From Eledone cirrhosa (taxonomy: Eukaryota), in the NCBI GenBank assembly GCA_964016885.1, contig OZ024741.1, positions 251,348,001 through 251,412,000 on the forward strand: a stretch of DNA of 64,000 bases, read 5' to 3'. Below are positions 14,511-28,949 of the stretch, piece after piece. The position numbers and the translations under genes were made by a program. Every line of letters begins with the position of its first letter. Position 1 is the first letter of the stretch. The notes under the pieces are model-generated. The model was given only the letters and a program-made list of their open reading frames with translations, ran no database searches and was not told where the DNA came from.

Positions 14511-16579
14511 ATTTTTTTTCCTCTGTGCGTGTGTGCATTGCATGTGTATGTATTAATAATTGAGATTTAATACTAAAGCCAGAAATGTATTGAGAAGTGA
14601 GATGAGATTGAGTATCATTCATACAGACAGACACACACAAACAGATAAGTGAGGTTGATATGAATATTCTGTATGAAATCCTGTAGGATGATGTATATAC
14701 ATAAGGGGGTTCCAGAGAAGATTATTTCTCAGGACAAAAATATTGGGTATTGTTTTATTTGGGATCTGAGTGAGGAGAGAGACAGAGAGGTTGGCTAAAG
14801 CAGGGCTCCTATGTAGTTTAGTAATTGAGGTGAGGTTGGTTGAGAGAGGAACAGAAGAGATCATAATGATGATAGAAGAGACAGAGCCAAGAAACAGTAA
14901 ATCTGTGAGTTCTAGTGGTGGTCATTTAACCCTAGATCAGTCCTGTCAAATGAGCAGAACTATGATAAAAATTATTCCGGCCATGACCATCACTCTCATT
15001 CTCTAAATATATTGATTATCTATGGCTATATTACCTTATGTAGTCATTCCTTTTTATAGGCAATAGTGTGTAATTGGAAAGAGACTTGGCTGTTATTTTA
15101 GCAGGTTGATCGACCATAAAGTGGCTCACTTATTGTCCCCCTGTATGTTCACAGTAATAGTATCTTACTAGATATGGTATGTATATTTATAAAGTGCCCA
15201 TATAGTTTTGGTAATGTTATATAATGTATGGATTACAATGAAAAAAAAACATCAGAAATAGTGAGGATAAGTATTAGTAGTGACATTGAAGGCTTTAGTA
15301 TATAGTCCTGGCAATGTTGTATATATAAAGTATCCATGAGAGAGCATTATACATTGTGTAAACTAGTATTGGTGGTGATAATATTAAATTTTGGTGGGTA
15401 GCTTTGGCAATGTCATATATATAAAGTAGGCTTGACAGAGAATCAGACATTGTGAAAACTAGTACTGGTGTAGATATTAAAGATATCTATTAATTATTTT
15501 CAGCATTTGGGTATTGTTTATGTGAGCCCTTTACAAGGGAGGGATGGCAGCACTGGATGGCACTGACCCCATTTCCCCCAACCCCCTCCTTTTCAATGGT
15601 GCAACCTCAGATTTAGAAAAATTGATGGTGATATGCGTGTTCCGAAAATCTTCCTTAGAATTATTGTTAATTATAGTGTCCACACAGAATGTTCTGAAGC
15701 CACATACACTAAAATCCCACCCCCATTCTTACACTGGACTCCTTGAGTACCAAACCCTCACAACAGGCCTGTATTTATGTGTAAGAGAGGGTGTGAGGTA
15801 GAAGAATGTTTCTTTGATATTGTGTAGAGACACTATCTTTGTTCTGTTGTGGAGAAGAGATGTTACAGAAGATACCAGATACTTCTGAATAAGACAATCT
15901 CTAAATAAAATATATTGATTTCTACTAACATAGATGCAAGACCACATGGCATGTGGGGTATGTGAACACATGACTGGTAATTTAATTTATCAACATTAAA
16001 TGGATAAAAGTCAAAAGTGACCACAGTGAGATTTGAACTCAAGAATGTAAAATGCTGTATTAAAATGCCTCAAAGCGTTTTGACTGATGCTCTACTGATT
16101 GTGCCTATTCACAACATAACGTTAGCAAAGGATCACATAGACAGAGTAACATAAAAAAAAGTTAATTTTGTTATATATGGCTCGGAGTAACAGACATTTC
16201 CGAGAGACAACCTGTGAGAAACTACTGATCACTGATGACTGAAACAGACGCTTAACTAGATAATAGATATATAGTGGACAAATGAGGTAGTTAAAAACAC
16301 CTGCAATAGGTGATAAACTTGGAAGGAATAGTTGAAATGAGGTAATTGGAGTCTAAATAAATGAAGTATCTTCTGGATAGTAAACATCAGATAAGTTTCA
16401 GTTGTTTGTAGCTCAGGCCATGTCTGAATCAACCAGCACCTCATGGCTAAAAGTTGGCTAAAACTGGGATTAGATTAACTTCACATGGAGAGAATCAGAA
16501 ATTATAATGATCAGGCCGTATTTAAACCAACCAGCATATCTGAGCAGAAATTATGTTTGCCATATTAAAAGGATTCATA

Positions 16580-16740
16580 GCAGATATAGTTGTGTGGTTA
16601 TGAAATTTATTTTATGACTATGTGATCTTTGGTTCAATTCTACTGGAGGACACCTTGGGTAAATATCTTCTACTATTGCCTTGAGCAAACCAATATCTTG
16701 TGAGGGAATTTGGTAATGGAAAACTGTAAGGAAGCCCATT
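16580..16740 (+). mobile_element. tRNA-derived SINE, family 4
   Basis: ggttcaattc...caccttgggtaaatatcttctactattgcc...ttgtgagggaatttggt...gaaaactg...gaagccc. Related copies at about 18213-18360 (+) and 20960-21125 (-). Confidence 0.6.
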
Positions 16741-17159
16741 ATATATATATATAAATGTGTGTGTATGTGTGTGTGTGCATGTGTATGTGCTTAGATGCAT
16801 AGATGTGTGCATTTGTGTTTGTGTGTTTGTTTGTGTCTTTTCTTTCCTTTAATCTCTTTGCATTTAACATCACAGGTTTTGATATTTGTTTATGTTCTGC
16901 ATAAAGAGAAATCTTACTCCTTAGCAGTTAGATGAGTAAAGGTCTGTATTTTACTTGTGAGGGCTGGCATCAGAAAGACATCCAGCTGTAGAATTCAGCC
17001 TCAAAGAACCTTAACCAACATATGCCAGCATGGGAAAACAGATGTAAAATAGATGATTTAGTATCCTAAAACTATCACAGTTTTTATCAGGTGTTGATAT
17101 ACTAGGAGTTTTTTTATCCTTGAGACAGGACGTAAGATTTCAACTGAAAATGCAGAGCT

Positions 17160-17620
17160 GAAACAGATACAGTGGGTGTGGGGGAATCCCATTCAGTAAT
17201 GACTGACCAAAACCTTGGAAAATTATTTGTTGTGGAAGACCAGCAGTCATTACAACCACTGTCTCAAACATGTACTGTGGTAGCTCTTTCTTTTTCTTCC
17301 ACCAGTACTATATTGGCATCTATTCTACTGAACTAGATATCTATATACCATGAGGGAGAAGGAGGAGGGGGAGGAGGAGGAGGAGGAGGAGGAGGAGGAG
17401 GAAGGAACACCTCCTCTCTCTCTCTCTTCAGTCATGACTGACCATCAAGGTGCACCTAGAAAGTTTTTCTCCAAGGTGCCAGCTTGGGTAATGTTTTTGT
17501 GGAAGAGCAACAATCACCCATGTATGCCAGTCTCCTCTCCCTCTCAATGCCGCCAATGTTTTCCTAGGGAAGGGCAAAAGCTGATACAGCTTGCTCTAAT
17601 ATTCTGCTAATCCCTTGTGC
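17160..17620 (+). repeat. Unclassified interspersed repeat
   Basis: Homologous to about 21200-21600 (+) and about 35110-35295 (-): cagtcatgactgaccatc...ctagaaagtt...ctccaaggtg. Confidence 0.7.
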
Positions 17621-18001
17621 ACTATTGGTACCCTATTTATCAACCCTGAAAGAATGTAAAACAAATTTGACCTATGTAAGATTTGAATTAAGAGTAATAA
17701 AGAGCTGTGATAAAGTTCATAAGGCTTCTTTTACTGATTACTAATGATCCCGAGATGATGAAAATATATGATAAATGACCTCTAATTTAGGTACAAGACC
17801 AACAATTTTTTTAGGGGGTGGGGGGGGGGAGTAAGACAATTAAATCAACCCCAGTACTTGACTGGGAATTTATTTTATTGACTTTGGAAGAATGAAAGGC
17901 AAAGTTGACCATGGCCAGATTTGAACTCAAAGTGTAGAGCTGGAACAAATACAACCAAATACTTGTTGGACTCTGAATTACATAAGATTATACGCCTTTA
18001 A

Positions 18002-18209
18002 CCTTTTAGCATTTAAACCGGCTGTATCTGGCCAGAATTCCCTAACCTCTTTCTATTAAAATCGGCTGTAATCGGCTGCTCATACTTATGTTAAGGTATT
18101 GTTCTCAAAATAAATAATATCAAAATCTCATAGATTTGATATTATGTGAGATAAAGCCTTTACCATGAACATATAATACTAAATATAGAGTAATGTAAAT
18201 GGTAAAGAG
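18002..18209 (+). mobile_element. piggyBac-type MITE
   Basis: TTAA at both ends; TIR CC(C/T)TTTAGCATTTA; homologous to 20694 and 29505. Confidence 0.8.
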
Positions 18210-18477
18210 TTAAGTGGTTAAGCACTTTGGTTCATAACTACAGAGTTTCAGGTTCAATCCCAGTGTAGTACACTTTGGGCAGGTGTATTCTTCAATAGCC
18301 TTAGGTTGACCAAAGTCTAGTGAATTAAATTTAGTGGACTGAAACTGTGTGGAAGCCTAGTGGAGGGATCATTTGTGTTCTTCAATGGTGGTGGGTTTAA
18401 TCTGCCAACAAGTTTAATTCCACAATTTGGCCATTTGGTGCCTTTATAATGGGAATCCACTCTGTTACAAGCATCTA

Positions 18478-18602
18478 GGCCAGGTCAGCAGCCTAGGGGT
18501 AACTTCCTCCCATATTCCATTGGCTCAGGTCACCAGCCTAGGGTTAACTTCCTCCTATATTCCATTGGCTCAGGTCACCAGCCTAGGGATAACCTCCTCC
18601 TA
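18478..18602. repeat. Three tandem ~46-bp units
   Basis: caggtcaccagcctagggttaacttcctcctatattccattggct repeated. Confidence 0.75.
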
Positions 18603-18813
18603 AACACAGTAGCCTTGTAGAAAGGTGTAATGGTTACTGTTTTTCTTTCTTTCTCATAAGACAAACCAACACCCCAGGGGATATTTATAAAATGGGAGCA
18701 GCAAAATTGTCATGATTAAAATACCTTTTTATAGCCATAATTCTAATATATTATATTTATCATCATCATCGTCATTTTTACATCTGTTTCTCCTTACTAT
18801 ATTGGGCTGGAGG

Positions 18814-19143
18814 CAGGACCGGATTTAATGGTGGGCAAAGGGGGCAATTGCCCTTGGCCCCTGCAGTGGGGGCCCCACCAGTGACGGCTGTAGCAATATA
18901 TTTATGCCCTCAGCTGGGCTTTTTAGTTTTAGGATGGTTAGAATTTTAGAATTTAATACCTGTATGTATAACATCTCAATTCCAATTACTTGTGTTAAGC
19001 AAACTTTGATATGTAAAATTGGGGGGTTTGGTGTATTTTCTATTTGTTTGTATATGAGCCCCCCCCCCCCCCCCCCCACACACACACCACACACACACAC
19101 ACCTGAAGTGCCCCAGGCCTCCCAAGTTCTAAATCCAACCCTA
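18814..19143. mobile_element. hAT-type MITE
   Basis: TIRs CAGGACCGGATTTA / TAAATCCAACCCTA; degenerate 8-bp TSD gctggagg/gttggatg. Confidence 0.65.
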
Positions 19144-20693
19144 GTTGGATGGGTATTTTCCAACACACTCATTGCATTCCCTCCACATGTTACATTCCTT
19201 CATCACCCCCTGTGTGAAGTTCAGTATTTTTAGGTTTGTTTTTTGTATTCCCATTAGTAAAGAGAGTGTGGACAAAACAAATGTCACTATTTTTGGAGCA
19301 GGAGGCTGGCATTTGTCAGTTGAGACCTACTGGACAAAAAACAAAAAAAAGATTGTTTTGAAAGGTTTTATCTGATATAGTTGGTAAAAAGTAGTCACCA
19401 ACTGTTACAGAAGCTCAGGTTAGATGTAATGCCCCCCCCCCCCCCAAAAAAAAGGCCAAAATTTAAAAAGTAGAAATTATATTGGTGGACGGTCAGCTTG
19501 GGTTTAATATCTTAAGGTTTAGGTTATATTAAAATGTGGGAATACAAATGCTAAATTTCTACTGCAACAACTGTCAATGAAGTTCAAGGTTAGAAATATA
19601 TGTGGCCATATATATATGTAATCAAGCAAGGAAAAAACTAGATATAAATGAAGGATGTTTGGCAATAATCCATGTTAAATATTCAATGAGTTCTTAAACT
19701 CCAGATAGAATTGTGGGAGCACTACAATGATATGCAGTTTTATTTGAGCCTTTTTTAAAAAAACCTCTGGTGGAGTTCCTACTTCTCCAGTTTTATCACA
19801 GTCTTCCAGAGAGAAATAGAGAGAAAAAGGAAATAAAGTGAGGGGAAAGAAGAATCAACTCCTTTACTGGAATCCTACATTATTTATTGACCACCAAAAG
19901 AATGAAAGGCAAAGTTGACATCAGCATGACTTGAACTCAGAGAATAGAGAGTCAGAACTATTACCACCAAGCTTTCTCTCCAACATTCGCACAACTCTGG
20001 CTAAAATCAAGATGACAACAACCATTGAGGTGAGCAAGAAATGTTATGCATAGTATTTATAGTCCCTTCTCTTCATTCATATGTATGTATTGGACTTGTA
20101 ATGCTTGATCGAGTTGTAGGGATGCTATACCGACATACATGAACACTTTACACCCGATTAACCCACTCCTCTTCTGGTTGGAACACAAGTCAAATTCTTC
20201 CAGAGAAGGAAAGAGGGGAAGTGAAAAAAAGATACAGGAAGAATTGACCATAGTATTAGACTGGTCCTTTTTATATTGACCCCAAAAAGACCTCAGCAGG
20301 ATTTGAACTCAGAGTGCAGAGAGCCAGAATGAATACTGCAAAGGATTCTATCTAACATTCTTACAATTCTTCAAATTCATTGCCTCCTTCATTCTTATAC
20401 TGAAGATAACCACACAAGTGTTCAGATTTTAAATGTTCAAGAAATATTCATAATTCAGAACTGTCTTTTCTATATCCTGATGCATTTGACATTAATTTCA
20501 ACAATGAGCTCTGTTATACTGAATTCATGTCTAAGTGGCTGAGTATTCCACAGGCACCCTTAACTTAATTCTCAGGCTGTCTCAGTGTGACATAATATAT
20601 GGCAAAGCTGGATCTTTCAATTACAGATACTATCCATCTTGTATTATAGTACATATAAGTGACTGAATATTTCACAGACATGTGTACTCTTAA

Positions 20694-20901
20694 CCCTTTA
20701 GCATTTAAACCAGCCATATCTGGCCAGAATTCTGTCACCTCTTTCAGTTCAAACTGGCCATAACTGGATACTCATATTGATGTTAAGGTATAGTTCTTAA
20801 AATAAATAATATCAAAATCCGATAGATTCAATATTATATGAGATAAAACCTTTACCATGAAAATACAATAGTAAATATAGAGTAATGTAAATGCCAAAGG
20901 G
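20694..20901 (+). mobile_element. piggyBac-type MITE nested in a family-3 SINE fragment
   Basis: TTAA|CCCTTTAGCATTTA...TAAATGCCAAAGGG|TTAA. Confidence 0.85.
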
Positions 20902-22067
20902 TTAATGTATTTTTTAGTCATAATCAGCACACAATGTTACAAATACAGTCCTTCTGTTGGGCTTCCAGTTAGTTTCTGTTTATTCAATTGTCACTGACAT
21001 AGCTTGTGTCAACCCAATGCTATGATAAAGGATACACCTCTAGGGGTTGAAAATGCCACAGAGTGGAGTCAAACTTGGAATATTGTGATTGAAAAAAATG
21101 AGCTTCTCAATCATTCAGTCATACATTCAGTATTAGAAAACTATGAGAACTTGTGAATGCTGATGGCCTTCTATTGAAGTTCAAAGGGAATGAATGGCTC
21201 ATTTTTGGTCATGACTGACTGACTATATGTTTGCACCTGAAAAGTTCCTCTCCATGGTGTAAGCCAAAGTGGTAGACCAATAGTCACTATGACTAATATC
21301 TCCAACATGTACTGTGTCTGCTCTTTCTGCATCTTCTACCACTACTATACTGGCATATGTTCCACTGTACCAGATATCTATATACCACGAAGAGAGAGGA
21401 AGCAAGGAAGACCCCTATCCTTCAGTCATGACTGATCATGAGGATGCTACCTAGAAAGTTCCTCTCCAAGGTGCACACGTGGGCAAAGTGTTTTTGTGGA
21501 AGAGAAGCAATCACCCATGCATGACAGTCTTCTCTCTCTCTCCATACCTCCAATATTGTCCAAGAGAAAGGTAAAAGCTGATACAGCTTGGCACCAGTCA
21601 TGTCACAACTAATTTTTTTCCAGCTGAGTGGGACTGAAGCAATGTAAAATAGAGTGTCTTGCTCAAGGACATGTTGCCTTGTCTGGAAGACAAACCCACT
21701 ACCTTATGCTGTAAGCTTAACACTCTACCCACTGAGTTTTTATCCAAGACTTCTATTAGAATGTCTGTTTAAAAGGTGCAGTAGGACAGACAAGAAGTGC
21801 ATCTGGTGCATTTACATAGGTATCACCTTCAATATTAATACACATCTAAAGTGTGTAGTCGGGTGAAATGTACACATATAGAATCTCACAGAGACACCAA
21901 GCATGGAAATTAGATAATGGTGATGATGATGACAGTGATGCTGGTAATCATGATGATGATGATTATGATGATGATGATGATGATGAACAAAATGATAATG
22001 GCAACGACGTAATGATGATGATGATGATGATGACATGGTGATAATGGTGATGACATGATGATAATGG

Positions 22068-22101
<34 letters not shown>

Positions 22102-22479
22102 AATGATAATGACAATGACATGATGATAATGATCAAGATGATAATGACAACAACATGATGATGATAACGATGATGATGATTTTGACGATGATGATAACGA
22201 TGTTGACATGATGATGATCAAGATGATGATGACGATGATAATGATGATAATGGTAATGATGATCAAGATGATGACGATGATGATCAAGATGATAATGACA
22301 ACATGACGATGATGACGGTGATAATGGTGATAATGGTGATGATAATGATGATGATGATCAAGATGATGATGATGATGATGATAATGAAAATGATGATGAC
22401 AGTGACAATGATGATGATGATGATAATGAGGATGAAGTGGATAATTGCACCACACAGTCATGTAGTGTGAGATTGTTAA

Positions 22480-23265
22480 TATATGACTATGGAGTGAGCA
22501 CTTACACTCCACTCCAACAATAGATCATAATATACAACTAAGTAGTGTGTGTTTACACTCCACTCCAATATTAGACTAAGGAGTGTGTACTTACACTCCA
22601 CTCCAATATTAGACTATGGAGTGTGTGCTTACACTCCACTCCAATATTAGACTAAGGAGTGTGTACTTACACTCCACTCCAATATTAGACTAAGGAGTGT
22701 GTACTTACACTCCACTCCAATATTAGAGTATGGAGTGTGAACTTACACTCGACTCCAATATTAGACTAAGGAGTGTGTACTTACACTCCACTCCAATATT
22801 AGACTATGGAGTGTGTGCTTACACTCCACTCCAATATTAGACTAAGGAGTGTGTACTTACACTCCACTCCAATATTAGACTAAGGAGTGTGTACTTACAC
22901 TCCACTCCAATATTAGAGTATGGAGTGTGAACTTACACTCGACTCCAATATTAGACTAAGGAGTGTACTTGCACTCCACTCCAATATTAGACTATGGAGT
23001 GTGTACTTACACTCCACTCCAATATTAAACTAAGGAGTGTGTACTTACACTCCACTCCAATATTAGACTATGGAGTGTTCACTTACATTCCACTCTAATA
23101 TTAGACTATTGAGTGTCCACTTACACTCCACTCCAATATTAGACTATGGAGTGTCCACTTACACTCCACTCTAATATTAGACTATGGAGTGTGCACTTAC
23201 ACTCCACTCCAATGTTAACTCATTCTATGTGACTATGGAGTGTGAACTTACACTCCACTCCAATG
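22480..23265. repeat. 38-bp minisatellite with internal hairpin and a 190-bp higher-order duplication
   Basis: Unit agactaaggagtgtgtacttacactccactccaatatt, about 19-20 copies, no spacers. Confidence 0.95.
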
Positions 23266-23686
23266 TCTAGTACGACCAATAGGGACTCTACAGCAAGTTT
23301 GGATCTGTTATTGTTATTGTTGCTGCTGTAGATGATGTTGCTATTGTTGTTATTGCTGCTGCTATCCTACTTCTATTTAGCCCCAGGCCAATCCTGTCTT
23401 GGCAGATATGTTTTCAAAGAGATTCCATCAATGAACATCTCATCCATTTTTTTATGACATTAGAGTGTGAATTAATGGACATTTAGCTCTTATTTCTAGC
23501 AGTTAGAACGACCACATCAAGACTACCTTATTGGCTCATAGTTGTTGTTGTTGTTGTTGTTGTCGTTGTAGGTGTTGTTGCTCCCCTTGGTCAGCTGTGG
23601 TCAAGCTGATCTGTAAATCGGAATGGTCACCTCCACCAATTGAACAAATGAAATTCATTATCACAAGAAGTAGTTTAGCTGGACGG

Positions 23687-23731
<45 letters not shown>

Positions 23732-24694
23732 GTGAGAGAGAGTGATAGAGAGAGTGAGAGAGAGAGGGAGGAGAGAGAGAGAGGGGGGAGAGAGAGAGAC
23801 AGAGATAGATACATAGATAGAAAGAAAGAGAGAGAGCCTTAACCACCGACTGGACTGTAAATAAATTAATGAGTGTGTGCATGTGTTTTTTTGTGTTAAA
23901 TGTGTGAGTGAAGTGTATGTATATATATATAAAGTATGTGCCTGTATGAGATTCGTTTGTATGTATGTGTATATGCATGTGTGTAATCATGTAACATATA
24001 TTTAGAGCAGGTGTCAACAGGTGTGTCATTGAAGTGTTCTCTGTAGTCCTAAGACCATTTTAAATTTCTATATGTAGAGAGTGACTAAAAACAAACAGGC
24101 CCCATTTTTATTTTTGTCAACATTATTCCTTTTTTGACAAAAACTGATGAAAGTCCAAATATATTTAGTTCAAACCATTAAAATATAACAATATACAAGT
24201 TTCTAATGGGGAAAGTTTTATATGTAAGATATATAAAATGCTTAGAGAAGAGATAGGCGCCATCAAGTATTCCCAAGGAGTATTTAACTGCCAAGATGGA
24301 CACACAGTAAAATGTCTAGAGTGGCACCCCAATGATTGGCTGCATTGGTTACACAAACTTGAATGATTGATTGAAGATATGTAAGATGTATGTATTTATA
24401 GGCCAAATTTCTATACTGTATGTAAGATATTTGTAGTGCACTCAAATAATATCTTACATGCAGTATAGAAAGGGTGGTGACTTGGCAGAACCGGTAGAGA
24501 ATAGGGCAACATGCTTAACAGCATAGAGTTACAGCCTTTTAGGTTCTAAGTTCAAAGCCTGACAAGGTTAGCTTTGCCTTTCATCCTTGCAGGGTCGATA
24601 ACATAATGCACAGTAATGCACTGGGGTGCCCCACCTCTTCAAATTGCTAGCCTTGTGCCTATAGTGAAAATCATTATTTGTAGTGCACAGCATC

Positions 24695-25010
24695 GGTTAC
24701 GATAATGAGTGTTCCAGTTCATCCGATCAACGGAACAGCCTGCTCGTGAAATTAACATGCAAGTGGCTGAGCATTCTACAGACACATTTACCCTTAATGT
24801 AGTTCTCGGGGAGATTCAGCATGACACCACAGAATGTGACAAGGCTGGCCCTTCGAATTACAGGTGCAACTCATTTTTACCAGCTGAGTAGACTGGAGCA
24901 ACATGAAATAAAGTGATTTGCTCAAGGACACAACACACTGCCGGGAATCAAACTCACAACCTTATCATTGTAAGCTGAATACCCAAACCACAAAGCCACG
25001 CGCCTTCACT
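24695..25010 (-). mobile_element. tRNA-derived SINE, family 3 (near full length)
   Basis: Minus strand: gaaggcgcgtggctttgtggtt (A box)...gagtttgattccc (B box)...gtgtccttgagcaa...ctggaacactc. Confidence 0.75.
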
Positions 25011-25329
25011 AAGACATATAGTGTACTAAAAGGTGGTGATTTAGCAGACTCGTTAGAACATCAGATAGTATGCTTTGCAATATTTGTTCCATCTCTCTGC
25101 ACCCAGGGTTCAAATCTTGCCTTGGTCAACTGGTCAACTTAACTGTCCATCCTTTCGAGGTAGGTAAAAAAATGTACTAGTCCAATATCAGGACCAAGCC
25201 CTTTTCCTTTTTTCTCCCTCTCTGGAATAAATTAACTGTGTTCAGATCTGAAGAGAGGTCTGAAATGCCTTAGACATATACCATATGATGACAGTATCCC
25301 TATGACACAATTAGGAGTTTACTGGTCCA

Positions 25330-25740
25330 TACATACAGATATATAATACACATATGACCATAGATCAAATTTCTATATGTTAGGAATTATATATCATATA
25401 TGTGGCCATATATAGTATATATATAGTATATATATATATTATATAATATACATGTGTTTATAGGACACATTTCTATTTGTAAAATATTATATAATATATA
25501 TGTGTCTATAGGGAAAATTTGTATACATAAGATATTATATAATATACACATGTCCATAGGGAAAATGGTATATGTAAGATATATAATGATAATCATAATA
25601 TATGGCCAGAAGCCAAATTTGTATATGTAAGAGATATCATCCTCGTGTCGATATGCCAAATTTCTACATGTAAGATATTATATAATATACATGTGTATAT
25701 GGGGCAAATTTATACACATAAGATATTATATAACATGTGA
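25330..25740. repeat. Degenerate AT-rich ~45-bp tandem repeat
   Basis: aaatttctatatgtaagatattatataatatacatgtg... recurring. Confidence 0.65.
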
Positions 25741-25879
25741 CCATGGAGCAAATTTCAAAAGAAATCAAAATAGGGTGATTACAAAAAGAAGTTGGTGACC
25801 ACAAATTTAGAAAAATCCAGCAGTAAAGATATGTGTCATGATCAGATCTATATCATTAATGAGGTAGTGGGAGTATCAA

Positions 25880-26665
25880 GGAATGTCAACAGTATGAAAA
25901 TGATAGGGGATTCAACAGAGTACTCAATGTTTAACAGGGGTTTAGGGGTTACATGTATTGAACAGAAACAATGTCAACAGTATGGGAATTACATGGGACT
26001 TAACAGAGTGCTCAATGTTTGGAAGGGGTTTAGGTGTTATGTGTATTGATCAGAAGCTATGAAAACAGCTTGTAAATGATAGGGGATGGAACAAAGTACT
26101 CAATATTTGGTTGGGGTTTAGGGGTTATATGTATTAAACAAGCAATCACAACAGTTTGTAAATTATATGGGACATAACAGAGTGCTCAATGTTTGGCAAG
26201 GGTTTAGGGGTTATATGTATTGAACAGAAGCCATGAAATCAGTTTGTAAATGATAGGGGATGTAACAAAGTACTCAATGTTTGTCAAGGGTTTAGGGGTT
26301 ATATGTATTGAACAGAAGCCATGAAATCAGTTTGTAAATGATAGGGGATGTAACAAAGTACTCAATGTTTGTCAAGGGTTTAGGGATATGGGTGTTAAAC
26401 AGAAGCAATCACAGCAGTGTGTTAATGATAGGGGAAATAACAGAATGCTCAATGTTTGGCAGGGGTGTAGGTGTTATATGTATTAAACAGAAGCAATCAC
26501 AGCAGTGTGGTAATGGTAAGGGACAAAGCAGAGTTCTCAATGTTTAGAAGGGGTTTAGAGGTTAGGTGTATTGAACAGAAGTTATGAAAGCAGTTTGTAA
26601 ATGGGATATAACAGAGTGCTCAATGTTTGGTAGAGGTTTAGGAGTTATGTGTATTGAACAGAACT
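25880..26665. repeat. ~88-bp minisatellite, about 9 copies
   Basis: Period 88 between 26251 and 26339. Each unit contains gggtttaggggtta. Confidence 0.9.
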
Positions 26666-27449
26666 TCCATCAATATGACAAATGTTTTGATGTCTTTTGT
26701 TTGTTTATTGTTTGTTTGTTTTTTTTACTTCATGAAATGAAAACTGTGTAGATAACAACATCTAAAACAAGAATATGTAACAGTAACACCAGTTTCCCCC
26801 TCCCCACACACAATATCGAACCACAAACCTTTTGATCAACAGTTTATAATCACATTAAACCTTATAAATAATTTAGTTGGTTTGTGTTAACATATATAAC
26901 ATGTTGAGCATCACAAGTTCTAATTAGAAATAAGTTATGTAGTGACAAACAATTAACATTAGCTTAATGACTAATAATATTCTAAATCATTTCGATTAGT
27001 AAGGAAGACAACTCTGGACAGGTTTTAATATTATTAGATATCCTCAGTGAAATATTAGGATTCACCTTAATTAGAAATAATCATGTGGCAGGGAAATACA
27101 ATGTTAATTCAATGACTAATATTAGTTTTAATCATTTCAGTAAGCAGTGAAGACAAATCTGGACATGTTTCTGCCTTATTAGGACCTTCTCAACAAAAAT
27201 TGTCATTTTGTAGTCAGACTTTACGTTATTAATGATATATCACATATAAATTTGTTCTGTTTCTGCCTTATTAGGACCTTCTCCTCAAAAACTATAGTCA
27301 GGCTTTACATTATTAAAGATGTATCACATAAATTTATCCTGTTTCTGCCTTATTAGGAACTCCTTAACAAAAACTGTCATTATGTAATCAGGCTTTACAT
27401 TATCAATGATGTATCACATATAAATTTATCTTTACCTCCTCTCCTTTAC

Positions 27450-28400
27450 ACACTGAATTCAAATCCCACCAAGGCTGACTTTACCTTTCCTCCTACCAAA
27501 GTCTAAAAAAACTAAGTACCAGTCATATTCTGGTTAGTTCACATTCATGAATACATTCTTCCCTTCAGCATTTGTGATCTTGTAGCTATTTGATAAACCA
27601 TCATTATTATTGTGGATCACCATGCTTTCCAGCATAGTTACGTCCCTTAACGATCTGAGTTCAAATCCCGCCAAGGTTAACTTTGCCTTTCATCCTTACG
27701 GAGTCGATAAAATAAAGTACCAGTAATGTACTGGGTAATTGCTGGCCTTGTGCCAAAAGTAGAAACAATTATTATTTGATAGCAGATAGTTGGATAAATT
27801 GCTTTGTATTTAGCCACGTCACTATAATATTTATTTTTTATCATTCCAAAATGGATAAAATTAGTACCAGTAATGTACTGGGATATAGGGGTAATATTTG
27901 ATTGACTTTCTCCTCCAAATATGCGTACTTGTACCTATGCTAGAAAACTATACTGGGGTTGATGTAATCAACTTCCCCTTTCCCTCTAATTGCTAGCCTT
28001 GTGTCTATGCTACAAAGAATTATTAAGAGTTAAAAGTTATGGCCCTTTACATTCTGAGTTCAAATTCCACCAGGTTAACTTTGCCTTTCATCCTTACGAG
28101 GTCGATAAAATAAAGTACCAGTAATGCACTGGGTAATTGCTGGCCTTGTGCCTAACGTAGAAACAATTATTATTATTAGAAAGGGTGGTGGATTGGACTG
28201 GCAGGATTGGTAGTGTTGGATAAAATGCACTAGCTCTTTACATTCTGAGATCAAATCCCACTGAGGTTAGCCTTGCTTTTCATCATTACAGGGTCGATAA
28301 AATGAAAGTACCGGTAATGCAGTGGGATTAATTTAATTAACTTTCCCTGACCCCAAAAATTGCTGGTCTTGTATATAAATCAGAAACCCTTATTATTATT
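27450..28400 (+). mobile_element. Cluster of about 5 same-orientation family-1 SINE copies
   Basis: Repeated ctgagttcaaatccc...tttgcctttcatccttac...tcgataaaataaagtaccagtaatg...ggccttgtgcc at about 27455, 27655, 27840, 28053 and 28244. Confidence 0.8.
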
Positions 28401-28404
28401 ATTA

Positions 28405-28575
28405 TTGGATTGGAGGGGTTCCTGAGTCACCCCTAGGTAGTTCCCCCACTATTGGGGAATTTGTATTGTTATATTTTTATTGTTACCTTCACTTTTTACT
28501 CAATTGTTTGTAAACCCCAACAGTCCCTGTCTTTTGTAGTGTCCCCTATAGCCCTTGTGGCTAATAAAGAAACAA
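28405..28575 (+). mobile_element. Tx1/L1-like LINE 3'UTR fragment
   Basis: Similar to the 3' ends at 62697 and 63241 (cccactattggggaa...cccttgtggctaataaa). Confidence 0.55.
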
Positions 28576-28949
28576 TGAATATTTCATGTTTCACTTGAAG
28601 AGGAAAATCAGGGTAAAGAAGGAAGTGCTGCTTTCTAACCAGTTTGTTGGAAGGTGAGGGAGAGTGGAGAGCATGATATGTGTGAACAGGCCTGTCTTGA
28701 GCCTGTAGATTGGAGGAGAACTGGGAGAGGGCACTTTGCCCTAGCAGACAGGGTGACCGTGGCTTTTGCGGGATTTCTATACGAGTGACCCTTAGAGTTT
28801 CCTCAGCTTTGGGGAATTTGTTATGTTTGTTTTTTTAAATGTTTATTTTCTTAATCTCTGTTATGCATTTTATTTTACACCCCCCCCCCCCCCACACTGT
28901 ATCATCCCATACTTTCTTTAATGTTTTCTTAACGTGAGACCTGAAATTA

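Noticed and set aside
16225-16255. CTGATGA-ct-GAAAC hammerhead-like core
   Set aside because: No complementary stem I or III could be found.
22480-23265. CRISPR-like palindromic 38-bp repeats
   Set aside because: Units are contiguous without unique spacers, there are no cas genes, and the context is eukaryotic.
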